64,000 nt of DNA from an uncultured bacterium (GCA_943788175.1 CALSPG010000001.1:288001-352000); one strand, 5' to 3'; positions 50,175-60,964 are shown, counted from the first letter of the stretch. The notes: generated by a model not told the origin, from the sequence alone. A program made the numbers and translations.

Positions 50175-52546
50175 ACTCTTAATTTAGCATTAAAATTCTT
50201 TTGAGCAATATCTATAATTTCATCAATAATAGGGTTTACATCTTTGTCTTCAAGTGTTTTTTCTTTGTGCTGGAATACCATTTCGAATACGACGCTTTTT
50301 TTATTTTCACCTATACTTTCAGCATCTTCAAATATTTCGACAGGGTAATAATCAATAAGGTCCTCACCGGCTTTATCTTTGATGAGATTTAAAACAGGTT
50401 TTATACTATCAGGTTGGTCCATCACTAAATTTATTCTTCTCGCCATTTTCGGAAGCGCATTTATAGGTTCAAATTTCATCACGCTTTTTGAAAAATTTAA
50501 TTTTTCAATGCAAATATCAAATGCAAACATATCTACCTTATCTACCTTAAGCGTTTTAAATATATTTTTAGATAATTTTCCAAAAGATCCAATTAAATCA
50601 TCTTTATAAGATATAGTAAAACCAAATTCGTAAAATGTGTCCTCACTATCTATTATATCTAAGTTTTTATAGACTTTTTCGCCAAGTAAGGATGCTAAGA
50701 TTCCTTTTAAGGAGAAGATATCGAATAATACTTCATCTGAATGGACTGAGGACTTTTGTTCAATACCAAAAACAATTCCAGCTAAACGAATTTCTTCGCT
50801 CATTTGGTTGAGTTTTTGGCCAGACTGTGTGTGAATATTTGCTAACTCATATAATCTAATTGATTTAATAGAATTTTTTATATTTAAATGTGCAGCTTTA
50901 ATTAGGTTAGGAATCAATGAAGTTCTTAGGTACGCCATATCTTTATTAAGCGGATTTAGCATAGCAATAGAATTATCACCAATTATATTCGCAGTCATTT
51001 TATTTTGAAGAGAATTAGAATAGTGTTGAAAAAAGCCTAAACTAGACATGGTCTCTCTAAATTTTTGTAAATATGACTGAGGATCACTATCTTCTACGAC
51101 CATGTCTCCGTATAAGGAATTGTCTGCTGGAATATTATCATAACCATATATACGCGCAATCTCTTCAATTAAATCTATTTCTCTCGAAATATCTGGACGG
51201 TATGATGCTGGAATACACTCTAATTCACTATCATCTAGTGAAGAAACCTCACAACCAACGCCCTTAAGAATATCTACAATTTTTTTAGGCTTAACTTCTA
51301 AACCAATAATTTGTGTCACTTCAGATAAACGTAAACGAATTACTGGCCTAGTAAACTCATTAGAGATTAAATCTAAATACTCCCCCTGAAATTCCCCATC
51401 CGCATACTTTTCAATTAAAGCAACAATTCGCCAAAAAGCATTTGTAGTAGCCTCAGGGTCAGCACCTCTCTCAAATCTCTTTGAGGCCTCGGTACTTAAT
51501 CGTAAAGATTTGGAAGATTTTCGTACAGTTACAGGATCAAAATAAGCGCTTTCGATAAAAACCGTAGTGGTTTTTTCATCTACAGCACTTTCTAGTCCCC
51601 CCATTACGCCTGCAATGGCAATAGGATTTATGCCATCAGATATAACTAAATGTGTTTCATCGAGTTCTAACGAATTTTGATCAAGTGTTTTTATAGTTTC
51701 TTTTTTCTTAGCTCTGCGTACCAATATTTCATTACTTTGAACCTTTTCCCAATCAAATATATGAGTAGGTTGTCCCATTTCCATTAATACATAATTTGAA
51801 ATATCTACTAAGTTATTTATCGGTCTTTGCCCAACGGCTATTAATCTTTCTTGCATCCATTGTGGACTCGGTTTGATAGAAACATTAGATAAAAGACCAC
51901 CAACATATCGAGAACAGTCATTTTGATCATCAATCGTTAAACTAAAACTAGGTTTAAATTCTTTTACTTTTGAAGTAAATGAATGAGAAACTAATTCTCT
52001 GCCTAAAATAACAGATATGTCTCTAGCTACACCATAGTGAGAAAACGCATCAGGTCTATTTGGAGTTATATCTAGCTCAATATTTAAATATCTATAGCCA
52101 TATTCTTTAAAAAATTCACCTCCAATATTACATGTTTCAGGTAGTACTAATATGCCATCATGTTCATCACTAATATTTAATTCTTTAGCAGAGCAAATCA
52201 TTCCACTAGATTCAACACCTCTTAATTTGATTTTTTCTAATTTAAATCCTCCTGGAAGTACAGATCCCACTTTTGCATAAGCAATTATTTGACCTGCTTG
52301 AACATTTGGTGCTCCACAAACAACTTGATAATTATTCTCTCCGTCGTTTACGCTGCAAACATTTAGCCTATCTGCATTGGGATGTCTTTCAACAGAAAGT
52401 ACTTTTCCAATAATAACATTACTTATTTCACTAAAAGAGTCAGTATACTCTGCCTCTAGACCCACAGAAGATAGTATTTCAGATAATTCTTCAGGCGTTT
52501 CTTTTATGTCAACAAAATCTTTTAACCAATCAATTGAAACTATCAT
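50171..52546 (-). CDS. pheT: Phenylalanine-tRNA ligase beta subunit
   Basis: HPNADRL, VCGAPN, TPNRPD, RFERG, DLIEEIARIYGY. Confidence 0.98.
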   Translation of the reverse strand: MIVSIDWLKDFVDIKETPEELSEILSSVGLEAEYTDSFSEISNVIIGKVLSVERHPNADRLNVCSVNDGENNYQVVCGAPNVQAGQIIAYAKVGSVLPGGFKLEKIKLRGVESSGMICSAKELNISDEHDGILVLPETCNIGGEFFKEYGYRYLNIELDITPNRPDAFSHYGVARDISVILGRELVSHSFTSKVKEFKPSFSLTIDDQNDCSRYVGGLLSNVSIKPSPQWMQERLIAVGQRPINNLVDISNYVLMEMGQPTHIFDWEKVQSNEILVRRAKKKETIKTLDQNSLELDETHLVISDGINPIAIAGVMGGLESAVDEKTTTVFIESAYFDPVTVRKSSKSLRLSTEASKRFERGADPEATTNAFWRIVALIEKYADGEFQGEYLDLISNEFTRPVIRLRLSEVTQIIGLEVKPKKIVDILKGVGCEVSSLDDSELECIPASYRPDISREIDLIEEIARIYGYDNIPADNSLYGDMVVEDSDPQSYLQKFRETMSSLGFFQHYSNSLQNKMTANIIGDNSIAMLNPLNKDMAYLRTSLIPNLIKAAHLNIKNSIKSIRLYELANIHTQSGQKLNQMSEEIRLAGIVFGIEQKSSVHSDEVLFDIFSLKGILASLLGEKVYKNLDIIDSEDTFYEFGFTISYKDDLIGSFGKLSKNIFKTLKVDKVDMFAFDICIEKLNFSKSVMKFEPINALPKMARRINLVMDQPDSIKPVLNLIKDKAGEDLIDYYPVEIFEDAESIGENKKSVVFEMVFQHKEKTLEDKDVNPIIDEIIDIAQKNFNAKLRV

Positions 52547-53526
52547 TAGAACTGCCTTAGAAACCTAACATCACCATTATAAAATAAACGAATATCGTCA
52601 ATATCATGCTTTAACATAGCTATTCTCTCAACACCCATTCCAAAAGCATAACCTCTCCAAACATTAGTGTCATAACCGACGCTTTTAAATACTTCAGGGT
52701 CTACCATACCACAGCCTAGAATTTCCATCCACTGATTACGTTGTTCATCCCAAATATCTACTTCAGCGCTTGGTTCAGTGAAAGGGAAATAGCTAGGTCT
52801 CCAACGCATCTTACGATTTGCACCAAACATTTTCTTTGCAAAATACTCTAGGCAGCCTTTAAGCTGAGAAAAACTAACGTTTTTATCAACGAATAAACCT
52901 TCTACTTGATGAAAAAGGCAATAACTTTTGTAACTAATAGCCTCATTTCTGTATACCCGACCAGGAACTATAAATCTTAAGGGAGGATCCTCTTCTTCCA
53001 TTAAATGAATTTGAACATTTGAAGTATGTGTTCTTAATACAATGTCTTTATCAATGAAAAAAGTGTCCTGCATATCACGAGCAGGGTGATGCTCAGGAAC
53101 ATTTAATGCGCTGAAATTATGATAATCATCATCGATTTCAGGACCGTATGCAACATTGAAACCTATCTCGGAAAATATTTTTTTTATATCAAGCATTGTC
53201 TGTTCTAAAATATGTATTGAACCAGCAGAATAAATCTTCTCTGGCATAAAAATATCGATTTTATTAGAATCAGAAACAGAATTGGAATTACTATTTAAGG
53301 AAGCGAGCTTATCATTTAATTCAATTTTTAACTGGTTTAGCAATTGACCGAACAATGGTTTATCTTCTTTAGAGACTTGACCTAATTGTTTAAACAAATT
53401 TGTAACTAAACCATTACGGCTGAGGTATTTTTGTTTTAACATATCTGTACCTGAGGATTCAGATACAGTAGCAAAATCGGTTAAAAAATCGTTTTTAACC
53501 GATTCAATACTATCTTTTAAAGACAT
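52546..53526 (-). CDS. pheS: Phenylalanine-tRNA ligase alpha subunit
   Basis: HPARDMQDTF, LRTHTS, FHQVEG, FPFTEPS, GMGVERIAM. Confidence 0.98.
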   Translation of the reverse strand: MSLKDSIESVKNDFLTDFATVSESSGTDMLKQKYLSRNGLVTNLFKQLGQVSKEDKPLFGQLLNQLKIELNDKLASLNSNSNSVSDSNKIDIFMPEKIYSAGSIHILEQTMLDIKKIFSEIGFNVAYGPEIDDDYHNFSALNVPEHHPARDMQDTFFIDKDIVLRTHTSNVQIHLMEEEDPPLRFIVPGRVYRNEAISYKSYCLFHQVEGLFVDKNVSFSQLKGCLEYFAKKMFGANRKMRWRPSYFPFTEPSAEVDIWDEQRNQWMEILGCGMVDPEVFKSVGYDTNVWRGYAFGMGVERIAMLKHDIDDIRLFYNGDVRFLRQF

Positions 53527-53530
53527 TAAA

Positions 53531-53878
53531 CTAGTTTTTGACAGAATTCACCAAGTCGGTGAATGACTGCGGATCTTGAAGAGCAAGATCTGCAAGAACT
53601 TTTCTATTTAGTTCAATCCCTTTAACATTCAACGCATTGATAAACGCTGAATATGTTATATCATTAAGTCTACAAGCTGCATTAATACGCACGATCCATA
53701 AACGACGAAACTGACGTTTCCTCTGTCTTCTATCTCTATATGCATATAAACCAGCCTTGACAACTGCGTCCTTCGCAGACTTGAATGTTCGGCTCCGGGC
53801 ACCATAGTAGCCCTTGGCCTGTTTTATTATCTTCCGATGCCTACGATGTCTAGGTACGGAACTATTTGCGCGTGGCAT
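53531..53878 (-). CDS. rplT: 50S ribosomal protein L20
   Basis: [30 protein letters not shown]. Confidence 0.98.
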   Translation of the reverse strand: MPRANSSVPRHRRHRKIIKQAKGYYGARSRTFKSAKDAVVKAGLYAYRDRRQRKRQFRRLWIVRINAACRLNDITYSAFINALNVKGIELNRKVLADLALQDPQSFTDLVNSVKN

Positions 53879-53894
53879 ATTTTAATCTCCTAAA

Positions 53895-54089
53895 CTAAAC
53901 ACATAACATACGTCGAACATTCCTACGATCTCCAGCAGCTACAAAGTCGCTTTGCCTCATATTGCGTTTTGCTTTATTGGAACGACGAACAAGCATGTGT
54001 CTATGGTTTGCTTTGTTTCTCTTAAGTTTACCTGATGCTGTTAATTTAAAACGTTTAGCAGCACCACGTCTTGTTTTCATTTTTGGCAT
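53895..54089 (-). CDS. rpmI: 50S ribosomal protein L35
   Basis: MPKMKTRRGAAKRFKLTASGK. Confidence 0.98.
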   Translation of the reverse strand: MPKMKTRRGAAKRFKLTASGKLKRNKANHRHMLVRRSNKAKRNMRQSDFVAAGDRRNVRRMLCV

Positions 54090-54098
54090 AATAATCCT

Positions 54099-54614
54099 TT
54101 ATTGTTTGGCTGACAAAACAACCGACATCCTTCTTCCTTCTAAGGGGATGTCCTTTTCTACTTCCGCAATAGCGGATAATTCTTCTATTACTCTATCCAT
54201 AACATCCTTTCCAAGGTCGATTCTGGATAATTCCCTACCCCTAAAAATTAATGTAATCTTAAGCTTACATCCATCATTTAAAAACTTTTTTCCCATATTC
54301 AATTTTGTCATTAAATCATGCTCTTCAATACGGGGTCTAAGTCTAATTTCTTTTAACTTAATTACATGCTGTTTCTTTTTGTTTATTTGGATTTTTTTCT
54401 TTTCTTCGTATTTAAGTTTTCCAAAATTCACGATCCTACATACTGGAGGAACGGCATTTGGTGAAACTTCCATAAGATCCAAACCATCATCTTGCGCTTT
54501 TTCAAGAGCATCTTCCGTCAAAACAATTCCTAACTGCTCACCATCTACGCTTATTAAACGAACTTCTTTTGCAGTTATTCTTTCATTTAATCGTTGCGTC
54601 TGTTTTTTAGCTAT
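54099..54614 (-). CDS. infC: Translation initiation factor IF-3, non-canonical ATA start
   Basis: AGGAG, 8 nt, then ATA GCT AAA...; extends the track ORF by 31 codons to include RLNERITAKEVRLI. Confidence 0.93.
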   Translation of the reverse strand: MAKKQTQRLNERITAKEVRLISVDGEQLGIVLTEDALEKAQDDGLDLMEVSPNAVPPVCRIVNFGKLKYEEKKKIQINKKKQHVIKLKEIRLRPRIEEHDLMTKLNMGKKFLNDGCKLKITLIFRGRELSRIDLGKDVMDRVIEELSAIAEVEKDIPLEGRRMSVVLSAKQ

Positions 54615-56553
54615 GAGTCAAACTCCTATCTTTTATTTCATTTACTAGGGTGGAAAGTAATATGTCTTGATTGACAGTTCCTAAATCTCCTGAAAACTTT
54701 CTTCGAACCGAAACAGTGTTATTTTCTTGCTCTTTTGGTCCAACTATTAACATAACATTCACTCTGTTAATCTCTGCTTTCCTAATTTTTGCACCTACCT
54801 TATCGGATCTATCATCTAACATAGCGCGAATATCATGATCAATAAGCTTATTTGTAATGCTTCTTGCATAATCATTAACCTTTTCAGAAACTGGTAAAAC
54901 AGCAACCTGCACTGGAGCAAGCCATAGTGGAAAATTTCCACCAAAGTGTTCTATCAAGAAGCCAATGAACCGTTCATGCGTACTTAATGGTGCTCTATGA
55001 ATACAAATCGGAGTCTGCTGATTTCCATTTTTATCTTTATAACTTAAATCAAATCTTTCAGGCACAACAAAATCAACTTGATTAGTAGCAAGCGTAAACT
55101 CTTTTCCAATAGCACTCCAGACTTGGACATCTATTTTAGGTCCATAAAAAGCTGCTTCGCCAGGAACCTCAATGTAGTTAAAGCCGCCTTCATCGAGAGC
55201 CTCTCGAACCCATTGTTCTGTTTCCAACCAAAGCTCAGGTTCATCAACATACTTATCTCCGAGATGCTTTTTGTCGTGCAAGCTTAGACGCATGGTATAT
55301 TTTTTGATATCAAAAAGTTCAAAATATTCTAAATACATTTTACAAACGTTTATGAACTCTTCTTTGAATTGATCAGCGCTGCAATAAATATGGGCATCAT
55401 TCATTTGTAAACTTCGAACTCGCATTAAACCAAAAAGTTGCCCGGATTTTTCATACCTGTAGCAAGTGCCATATTCAGAAAGCCGAACAGGCATATCTCT
55501 ATAACTTCTTGGAATTGCAGAAAATATTTTATGGTGGTGCGGGCAGTTCATAGGCTTAACATAATAATCTGCGCCGTCAATACTCATCTCTGGGTACATA
55601 GAATCTTTATAGTGTTCGAGATGTCCGGACCGTTCATAGATAGTTCCTTTCGTTAAATGAGGCGTCCTCACCTGATCAAATCCAGCTTTTTTCTCCGTCT
55701 GTTTAGCAAGCCTTTCAAGCTCTTCAATCATAACGGTACCGTTTGGTAACCATAGTGGTAAACCAGGACCAACTTCTTCATCAAAAGCAAAAAGGTTAAG
55801 TTCCTTACCAAGCTTACGGTGATCTCGTTTTTTTGCTTCTTCTAAATTGTGTAAGTGTGTTTTTAATGCATCGTTAGTAGAAAAAACTGTACCATATATT
55901 CTTTGAAGCATTTTATTGTTTTCATCACCGCGCCAGTACGCACCCGATGTTGACAGCAACTTAAAATATTTAATTTTAGAAGTATTTGAAACATGTGGTC
56001 CACGACAAAGGTCCGTAAAGCTAGTCTGTGAATATGCTGATATAATATCATTGGGGTCTATTTCTTTAATAATTTCTACTTTGTAGGACTCACCCATGTC
56101 ATCAAACATTTTGACCGCATCTGATGCAGAAATTTCCATTCTTGATATTTCTTGGGAAGATTTTGCTAACTCTTTCATTCTATTTTCAATATTTTGAATA
56201 ACTTCATCGGTGAAAGGAATATCAACATCGAAATCGTAGTAAAAGCCATTTTCAATAGTTGGACCAATTGTAACCTTAGCTTTAGGGAAGAGGTCTTTCA
56301 CAGCCTGAGCCATAAGGTGTGCTGTTGAATGTAAAAGAGTGTCATGGCCCTCAACAGAATCACCTGTAAAAAGCTCGAGACTACAGTCATTTTCTATAGC
56401 AAAGTTTAAGTCTTTCAAAATGCCGTCTATTTTTGCTACAACAACGGCTCGGGCAAGGCCAGGTCCAATACTATCAGCCACTTCTTGAGGAGTAGTACCT
56501 ACTGTCATACTCTTATAAGAATCGTCTGGAAGTTTTATTTTAATCTTTTTCAT
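54607..56553 (-). CDS. thrS: Threonine-tRNA ligase
   Basis: HSTAHLMAQA, DLCRGPH, RDHRKLG, KPMNCP, AFYGPKID. Confidence 0.98.
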   Translation of the reverse strand: MKKIKIKLPDDSYKSMTVGTTPQEVADSIGPGLARAVVVAKIDGILKDLNFAIENDCSLELFTGDSVEGHDTLLHSTAHLMAQAVKDLFPKAKVTIGPTIENGFYYDFDVDIPFTDEVIQNIENRMKELAKSSQEISRMEISASDAVKMFDDMGESYKVEIIKEIDPNDIISAYSQTSFTDLCRGPHVSNTSKIKYFKLLSTSGAYWRGDENNKMLQRIYGTVFSTNDALKTHLHNLEEAKKRDHRKLGKELNLFAFDEEVGPGLPLWLPNGTVMIEELERLAKQTEKKAGFDQVRTPHLTKGTIYERSGHLEHYKDSMYPEMSIDGADYYVKPMNCPHHHKIFSAIPRSYRDMPVRLSEYGTCYRYEKSGQLFGLMRVRSLQMNDAHIYCSADQFKEEFINVCKMYLEYFELFDIKKYTMRLSLHDKKHLGDKYVDEPELWLETEQWVREALDEGGFNYIEVPGEAAFYGPKIDVQVWSAIGKEFTLATNQVDFVVPERFDLSYKDKNGNQQTPICIHRAPLSTHERFIGFLIEHFGGNFPLWLAPVQVAVLPVSEKVNDYARSITNKLIDHDIRAMLDDRSDKVGAKIRKAEINRVNVMLIVGPKEQENNTVSVRRKFSGDLGTVNQDILLSTLVNEIKDRSLTHS

Positions 56554-56562
56554 AAATAAAAG

Positions 56563-56636
56563 TGGGCGATGACGGATTCGAACCGCCGGCCTCTACGATG
56601 TCAACGTAGCGCTCTAACCAACTGAGCTAATCGCCC
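56563..56636 (-). tRNA. tRNA-Val(GAC)
   Basis: GGGCGATTAGCTCAGTTGGTTAGAGCG-CTACG-TT-GAC-AT-CGTAG...GGTTCGAATCC...TCGCCCA. Confidence 0.95.
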
Positions 56637-56662
56637 TTTTCATAATAAAATTACAAAATTTA

Positions 56663-58303
56663 TCACTGAATAAATACATCTCTATAAGTAAAAGGGTCTT
56701 CTAAGATACTTATCGCTTTTGAAATATCATTATCAATTGTTTTTGAAACACTCATCCTACCTTCTTCTCCATCAAAATGCTTCGCAAATTCCATTAGCAT
56801 CCATTCATTGATATCGTTCTTTTCTCTATCAAATTGTGTGATTGCTTTTTCTTCGAAATAAGAATCCAGCAAATCAATTGCTCCGGTTATTGATATATCA
56901 TTGCTATCAAGCAGCATAAGCTTTTCTCTTGCGTCAATATAGTTATTTTCGCCATCGAGCTTGATATCTAGATCTTCTTCATGACTCATTATGTAATTTT
57001 CTATCTTTGATATTAAGACAGGGTCATTTTTAACGCTCTCATAAGAATCATATAAATGTTTATTTTTTTGGACATATGAAAAGAATAGCCCTTTACGAAG
57101 GCTAGCAAAAAGAATTGGCTTCCTTTCATCATTTTCAATTACGTAATCAGGCGTAATTCCTTTTCCACCTTTTACCTCACGCCCACCTACTGTTTCAAAC
57201 AGAGAATCTGCTTTTACAGTGTCTGCTAAAATCTCTTCAGGGAGATACCCATCTCGTTGAATAAGTCTACCACTAGGTATATAATACTTTGCAGTTGTAA
57301 CCTTTAAAGCTTTATTCCTATCTAAATTATATACAGTTTGAACCAAACCTTTCCCAAAAGATTGACGACCTACAACAATACCTCTATCTAAATCTTGCAT
57401 AACTCCAGCGACAATCTCGCTTGCTGAAGCACTGCCACCATTAATTAAAACAGCTATTTGAATATCATCCGATACGATTGGATCGCTTTTGCTGAAATAT
57501 TTTTTATTTGATTGTCTAGCTTTTCCAGAAGTCCAAACTAACAACTCATCTTTTTCAATAAACATATCTAATATTGAAACAGCAGAATTAAGCAAGCCTC
57601 CAGGGTTATCTCTCAAATCTAAAACGATACTAGATAGATCATTGTTTGATAAACTAACAATAGCTTTTTCAACTTCTGCTGCAGAATTCTTGGAAAACCT
57701 ATTTAATCGTATATAACCAATCGTTTCATCTAGCATACCATAATAACTAACATCTTTAACCGGTATATCTTCCCTTGTTAATATAAAATCTAAAGGAGCC
57801 CCCTCACTAAACCTTTCGATAGTAAGTGTAACGTCCGTTCCTTCTTTTCCTCTAATTAACTTAGCAGCATCTTCCATAGACATGGATTTCGTATCATTGC
57901 CATCTATTTTAATTAAAATATCACCAGCCATTATTCCCGCTCTTTTTGCTGGGGAATCTTCTGTTGGAGCTATCACTGTAATAGCATCGTCTCTTTTTCC
58001 AATTTGTATGCCAACACCGCCATATTTACCTTTGGTTAACATGTCTAGATTGCTTTTTTGATCATCAACAAGGTATACCGTATAAGGGTCAAGATCGGAC
58101 AACATATTATCAATACTCATTTTCGTAAACTTTTCAAGGTCTATATCATCAACATAGTGAGTAATTAAATACTTGTATACGCTGTTTATGGTTCTTTGAC
58201 TGTCTTTTATTTTTCTGTATATATCCTGCTTTGTGGCAGCAATCGCAACAAATGAAAAAAAGATTATAAAAATAGTTTTTAATTTTATGTTAAATAATCT
58301 CAT
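56663..58303 (-). CDS. S41 family C-terminal processing peptidase (PDZ)
   Basis: LDPYT, GVGIQI, DLRDNPGG, SASASEI, FGKGLVQ, TTAKYYIPSGR. Confidence 0.95.
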   Translation of the reverse strand: MRLFNIKLKTIFIIFFSFVAIAATKQDIYRKIKDSQRTINSVYKYLITHYVDDIDLEKFTKMSIDNMLSDLDPYTVYLVDDQKSNLDMLTKGKYGGVGIQIGKRDDAITVIAPTEDSPAKRAGIMAGDILIKIDGNDTKSMSMEDAAKLIRGKEGTDVTLTIERFSEGAPLDFILTREDIPVKDVSYYGMLDETIGYIRLNRFSKNSAAEVEKAIVSLSNNDLSSIVLDLRDNPGGLLNSAVSILDMFIEKDELLVWTSGKARQSNKKYFSKSDPIVSDDIQIAVLINGGSASASEIVAGVMQDLDRGIVVGRQSFGKGLVQTVYNLDRNKALKVTTAKYYIPSGRLIQRDGYLPEEILADTVKADSLFETVGGREVKGGKGITPDYVIENDERKPILFASLRKGLFFSYVQKNKHLYDSYESVKNDPVLISKIENYIMSHEEDLDIKLDGENNYIDAREKLMLLDSNDISITGAIDLLDSYFEEKAITQFDREKNDINEWMLMEFAKHFDGEEGRMSVSKTIDNDISKAISILEDPFTYRDVFIQ

Positions 58304-58922
58304 CTAAAGTCCTGTCTCTAGTAACGTTCCATATATAATTGGAAATTTCATCAACGCTTAAATTACCATCAATTATTACGCATCTGTCACCAAAGTTATC
58401 TACAATTTCTAAATACTTCTGCCTGATATCGTTTTGAAAATCTAAACCAGCGCTTTCAATTCTATCAGAGGATAATCCTTTCCTCCTTTGAAATCCCACC
58501 TCAGGTTCGATATCAATATAAAAAGTCAAATTTGGTTCTATTCCATAGGTTGCAAACTGATTTAATTTAATGAGCCAATCTAAATTAAGACCTCGTCCAC
58601 CACCTTGATATGCTAAAGTAGAGTCCGCATACCTATCCGCAATTATCCATTTCCCAGCTTTCAATGCAGGGGAAATAATATCTTTCGTTAATTGCGCTCT
58701 GCTAGCACACATTAATAATGCTTCTGACCTTGATGACATTTCATCTTCTCGGTTATTTAATAATACTGAACGAATTTCTTCAGATATAGAAGTACCACCA
58801 GGTTCTCTAAGGAATAGAGTCTCTATATTTAATGACTGCAGCTTTTCTACCAGTATTTTTGCCTGTGTAGATTTCCCTGACCCATCAATACCTTCGAAGG
58901 TTATAAAGTGGTTTTTAGTCAA
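58290..58922 (-). CDS. tmk: Thymidylate kinase
   Basis: FITFEGIDGSGKSTQ, REPGGT, DRYADSTLAYQG. Confidence 0.97.
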   Translation of the reverse strand: MTKNHFITFEGIDGSGKSTQAKILVEKLQSLNIETLFLREPGGTSISEEIRSVLLNNREDEMSSRSEALLMCASRAQLTKDIISPALKAGKWIIADRYADSTLAYQGGGRGLNLDWLIKLNQFATYGIEPNLTFYIDIEPEVGFQRRKGLSSDRIESAGLDFQNDIRQKYLEIVDNFGDRCVIIDGNLSVDEISNYIWNVTRDRTLDEII

Positions 58923-59616
58923 AATAAATATTTTTGTCGTCTTTACTTACAAGTAAAACGCACTCACCTTTATATGTTTTTGTTTCAAGAATTTCTAAAA
59001 GGCTAGACAAGGTTCCTCTAATTATTTCCTCATAAATCTTTGTAATCTCTCTGCAAATAACTGCCGGTCTATCACCAAGAATTTCGAATAGCTGCTTAAC
59101 AGTTCTTTTAAGCCTATTACTGTTTTCATAAAAAATGATTGTCGCTTCTACATCTTTTAAATTCTCAATAATCTTTTTACGACCTTTTTTTGGCGGCAAG
59201 AAACCTTCAAATATAAACCTATCGGTAGGTAAACCTGAGCTGACTAAGGATGCTAAAACAGCAGAAGCACCTGGAATAGGCTCTATCTTACTACCAATTT
59301 CAATTGCTCTTCGAACTAGCTTGTAAGCAGGATCTGATATAGCTGGGGTACCTGCATCCGTTATAACCGCCACATCATAATTATCTTTTAAAACCTCCTC
59401 AATTCTCAATAATCGTTGGAATTTGTTGTGTTCATAATAACTTATCATTTTTGTTTTTATATTGTATCGAGATAAAAGAATTTTTGATCTTCTAGTGTCT
59501 TCAGCAGCTATAAGATTAACTGTTTTCAGTATATTAACAGCTCTGAATGTAATATCTTCAAGATTTCCTATCGGAGTGGATACCAGGTACAAAGTACCAA
59601 TATTGTCTTTAATCAA
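58915..59616 (-). CDS. rsmI: 16S rRNA C1402 2'-O-methyltransferase
   Basis: LYLVSTPIGNLEDIT, AAEDTR, DAGTPAISDP, FEGFLP. Confidence 0.95.
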   Translation of the reverse strand: MIKDNIGTLYLVSTPIGNLEDITFRAVNILKTVNLIAAEDTRRSKILLSRYNIKTKMISYYEHNKFQRLLRIEEVLKDNYDVAVITDAGTPAISDPAYKLVRRAIEIGSKIEPIPGASAVLASLVSSGLPTDRFIFEGFLPPKKGRKKIIENLKDVEATIIFYENSNRLKRTVKQLFEILGDRPAVICREITKIYEEIIRGTLSSLLEILETKTYKGECVLLVSKDDKNIYFD

Positions 59617-60964
59617 TTTTTAATTTGTTTAAACATTTTTTTATCGCATCCATGCCAATATTTATATCATCTTTAGTAATATTTAAATGCGGTCTAAAAC
59701 GTATAGATTTTTGCCCTGAACCGAGAACAATAACTTTATTTTCCATTAGCATCGATGCTAGTTCATCCCGATGATTTGAGTCTGGAAGATCAAAAGCGCA
59801 AAATAAACCTTTCCCCCTGGCATTGGACACGAGATCTGAATAATCTGCTTGAATATTTTTCAATTGATCTAGCAGATAATTACCATTTTGTTTTGCATTA
59901 TTCACGAGGTTTTCTTGCTCCATAATTTCTAAATATATTGTAAACCTAACCATATCAACTAAATTCCCTCCCCAAGTGGAATTAATACGACTAGACTCTT
60001 GAAACACATTGTTTTCAACCTCGTTAATTCTATTACCAGCAAATATGCCACAGCACTGGGTTTTCTTGCCAAAGCTTATAATATCTGGTTCCATTGGCAT
60101 GCACCTAGTTTTAGAGCCACAATCACAGACTACTTTACATAAGTGTTGGTGAGCCCACATCTCACCAGTAATTCCAGCACCGGTTTGGACCTCATCAAAA
60201 ATCAATAGCATATCATTTTCTAAGCATAACTGTTTTAATTCTATCAAAAATTCGGGTCTAAAATGATTATCACCGCCTTCACCCTGGATAGGCTCAATAA
60301 TAATACAAGCTATATCATGTGGGTTTTTTAAGATAGCATCTTTAATTTGATTTAAAGAAACAGTTTCTCTCGCTATTACATCAGCTATATTTTCCTCGTT
60401 TAAAGGAAAATTGATATTAGGCGTTGATACGCGAGGCCAATTAAATTTTGGAAAATACATCACTTTTCTTGGATCTGGAGAGTCTGTCAAAGACATCGTG
60501 TATCCAGAACGACCGTGAAAACACTTCTCAAAATGCAATACCTGAGAACCAATTTCACCATGACCTTTTTCAATATTTTTTCTAACTTTCCAATCAAATG
60601 CAGCTTTTAATGCATTTTCTACTGCTAATGCGCCACCTGAGACATAAAATGAATGCGGCAAATAATCTGGTTGCGCTACTCTCCCCATAGTATCTACAAA
60701 TTCTGCCATTGCGATAGAATAGATATCCGAATTAGTAGGTTTATTTATCGCACTCGCAAGAAGCCTGTTTTTATTCTCCAAAACATAAGGATGATTGTAT
60801 CCAACAGATAGTGATGCAAACATAGAAAAAAGATCTAAGTACTTATCACCACTAGTACCATCAACTAACCAGCTACCATGGCTTTTTTCTAAATCAATAA
60901 CTGGAGACATTCCGTCAGCGAGCATATGATTACCTATTACTTTATGAACATCAGAATATTTCAT
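59609..60964 (-). CDS. lat: L-lysine 6-transaminase
   Basis: KPTNSDIY, GALAVENALKAAFDWK, FHGRSGYTMSLT, EPIQGEGGD, FGKK, SRINSTWGG. Confidence 0.93.
   Translation of the reverse strand: MKYSDVHKVIGNHMLADGMSPVIDLEKSHGSWLVDGTSGDKYLDLFSMFASLSVGYNHPYVLENKNRLLASAINKPTNSDIYSIAMAEFVDTMGRVAQPDYLPHSFYVSGGALAVENALKAAFDWKVRKNIEKGHGEIGSQVLHFEKCFHGRSGYTMSLTDSPDPRKVMYFPKFNWPRVSTPNINFPLNEENIADVIARETVSLNQIKDAILKNPHDIACIIIEPIQGEGGDNHFRPEFLIELKQLCLENDMLLIFDEVQTGAGITGEMWAHQHLCKVVCDCGSKTRCMPMEPDIISFGKKTQCCGIFAGNRINEVENNVFQESSRINSTWGGNLVDMVRFTIYLEIMEQENLVNNAKQNGNYLLDQLKNIQADYSDLVSNARGKGLFCAFDLPDSNHRDELASMLMENKVIVLGSGQKSIRFRPHLNITKDDINIGMDAIKKCLNKLKID

Noticed and set aside
53962-54648. 228-aa plus-strand ORF and other short antisense track ORFs
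   Set aside because: Shadow frames opposite well-conserved genes (infC/rpmI etc.), with no recognisable motifs.
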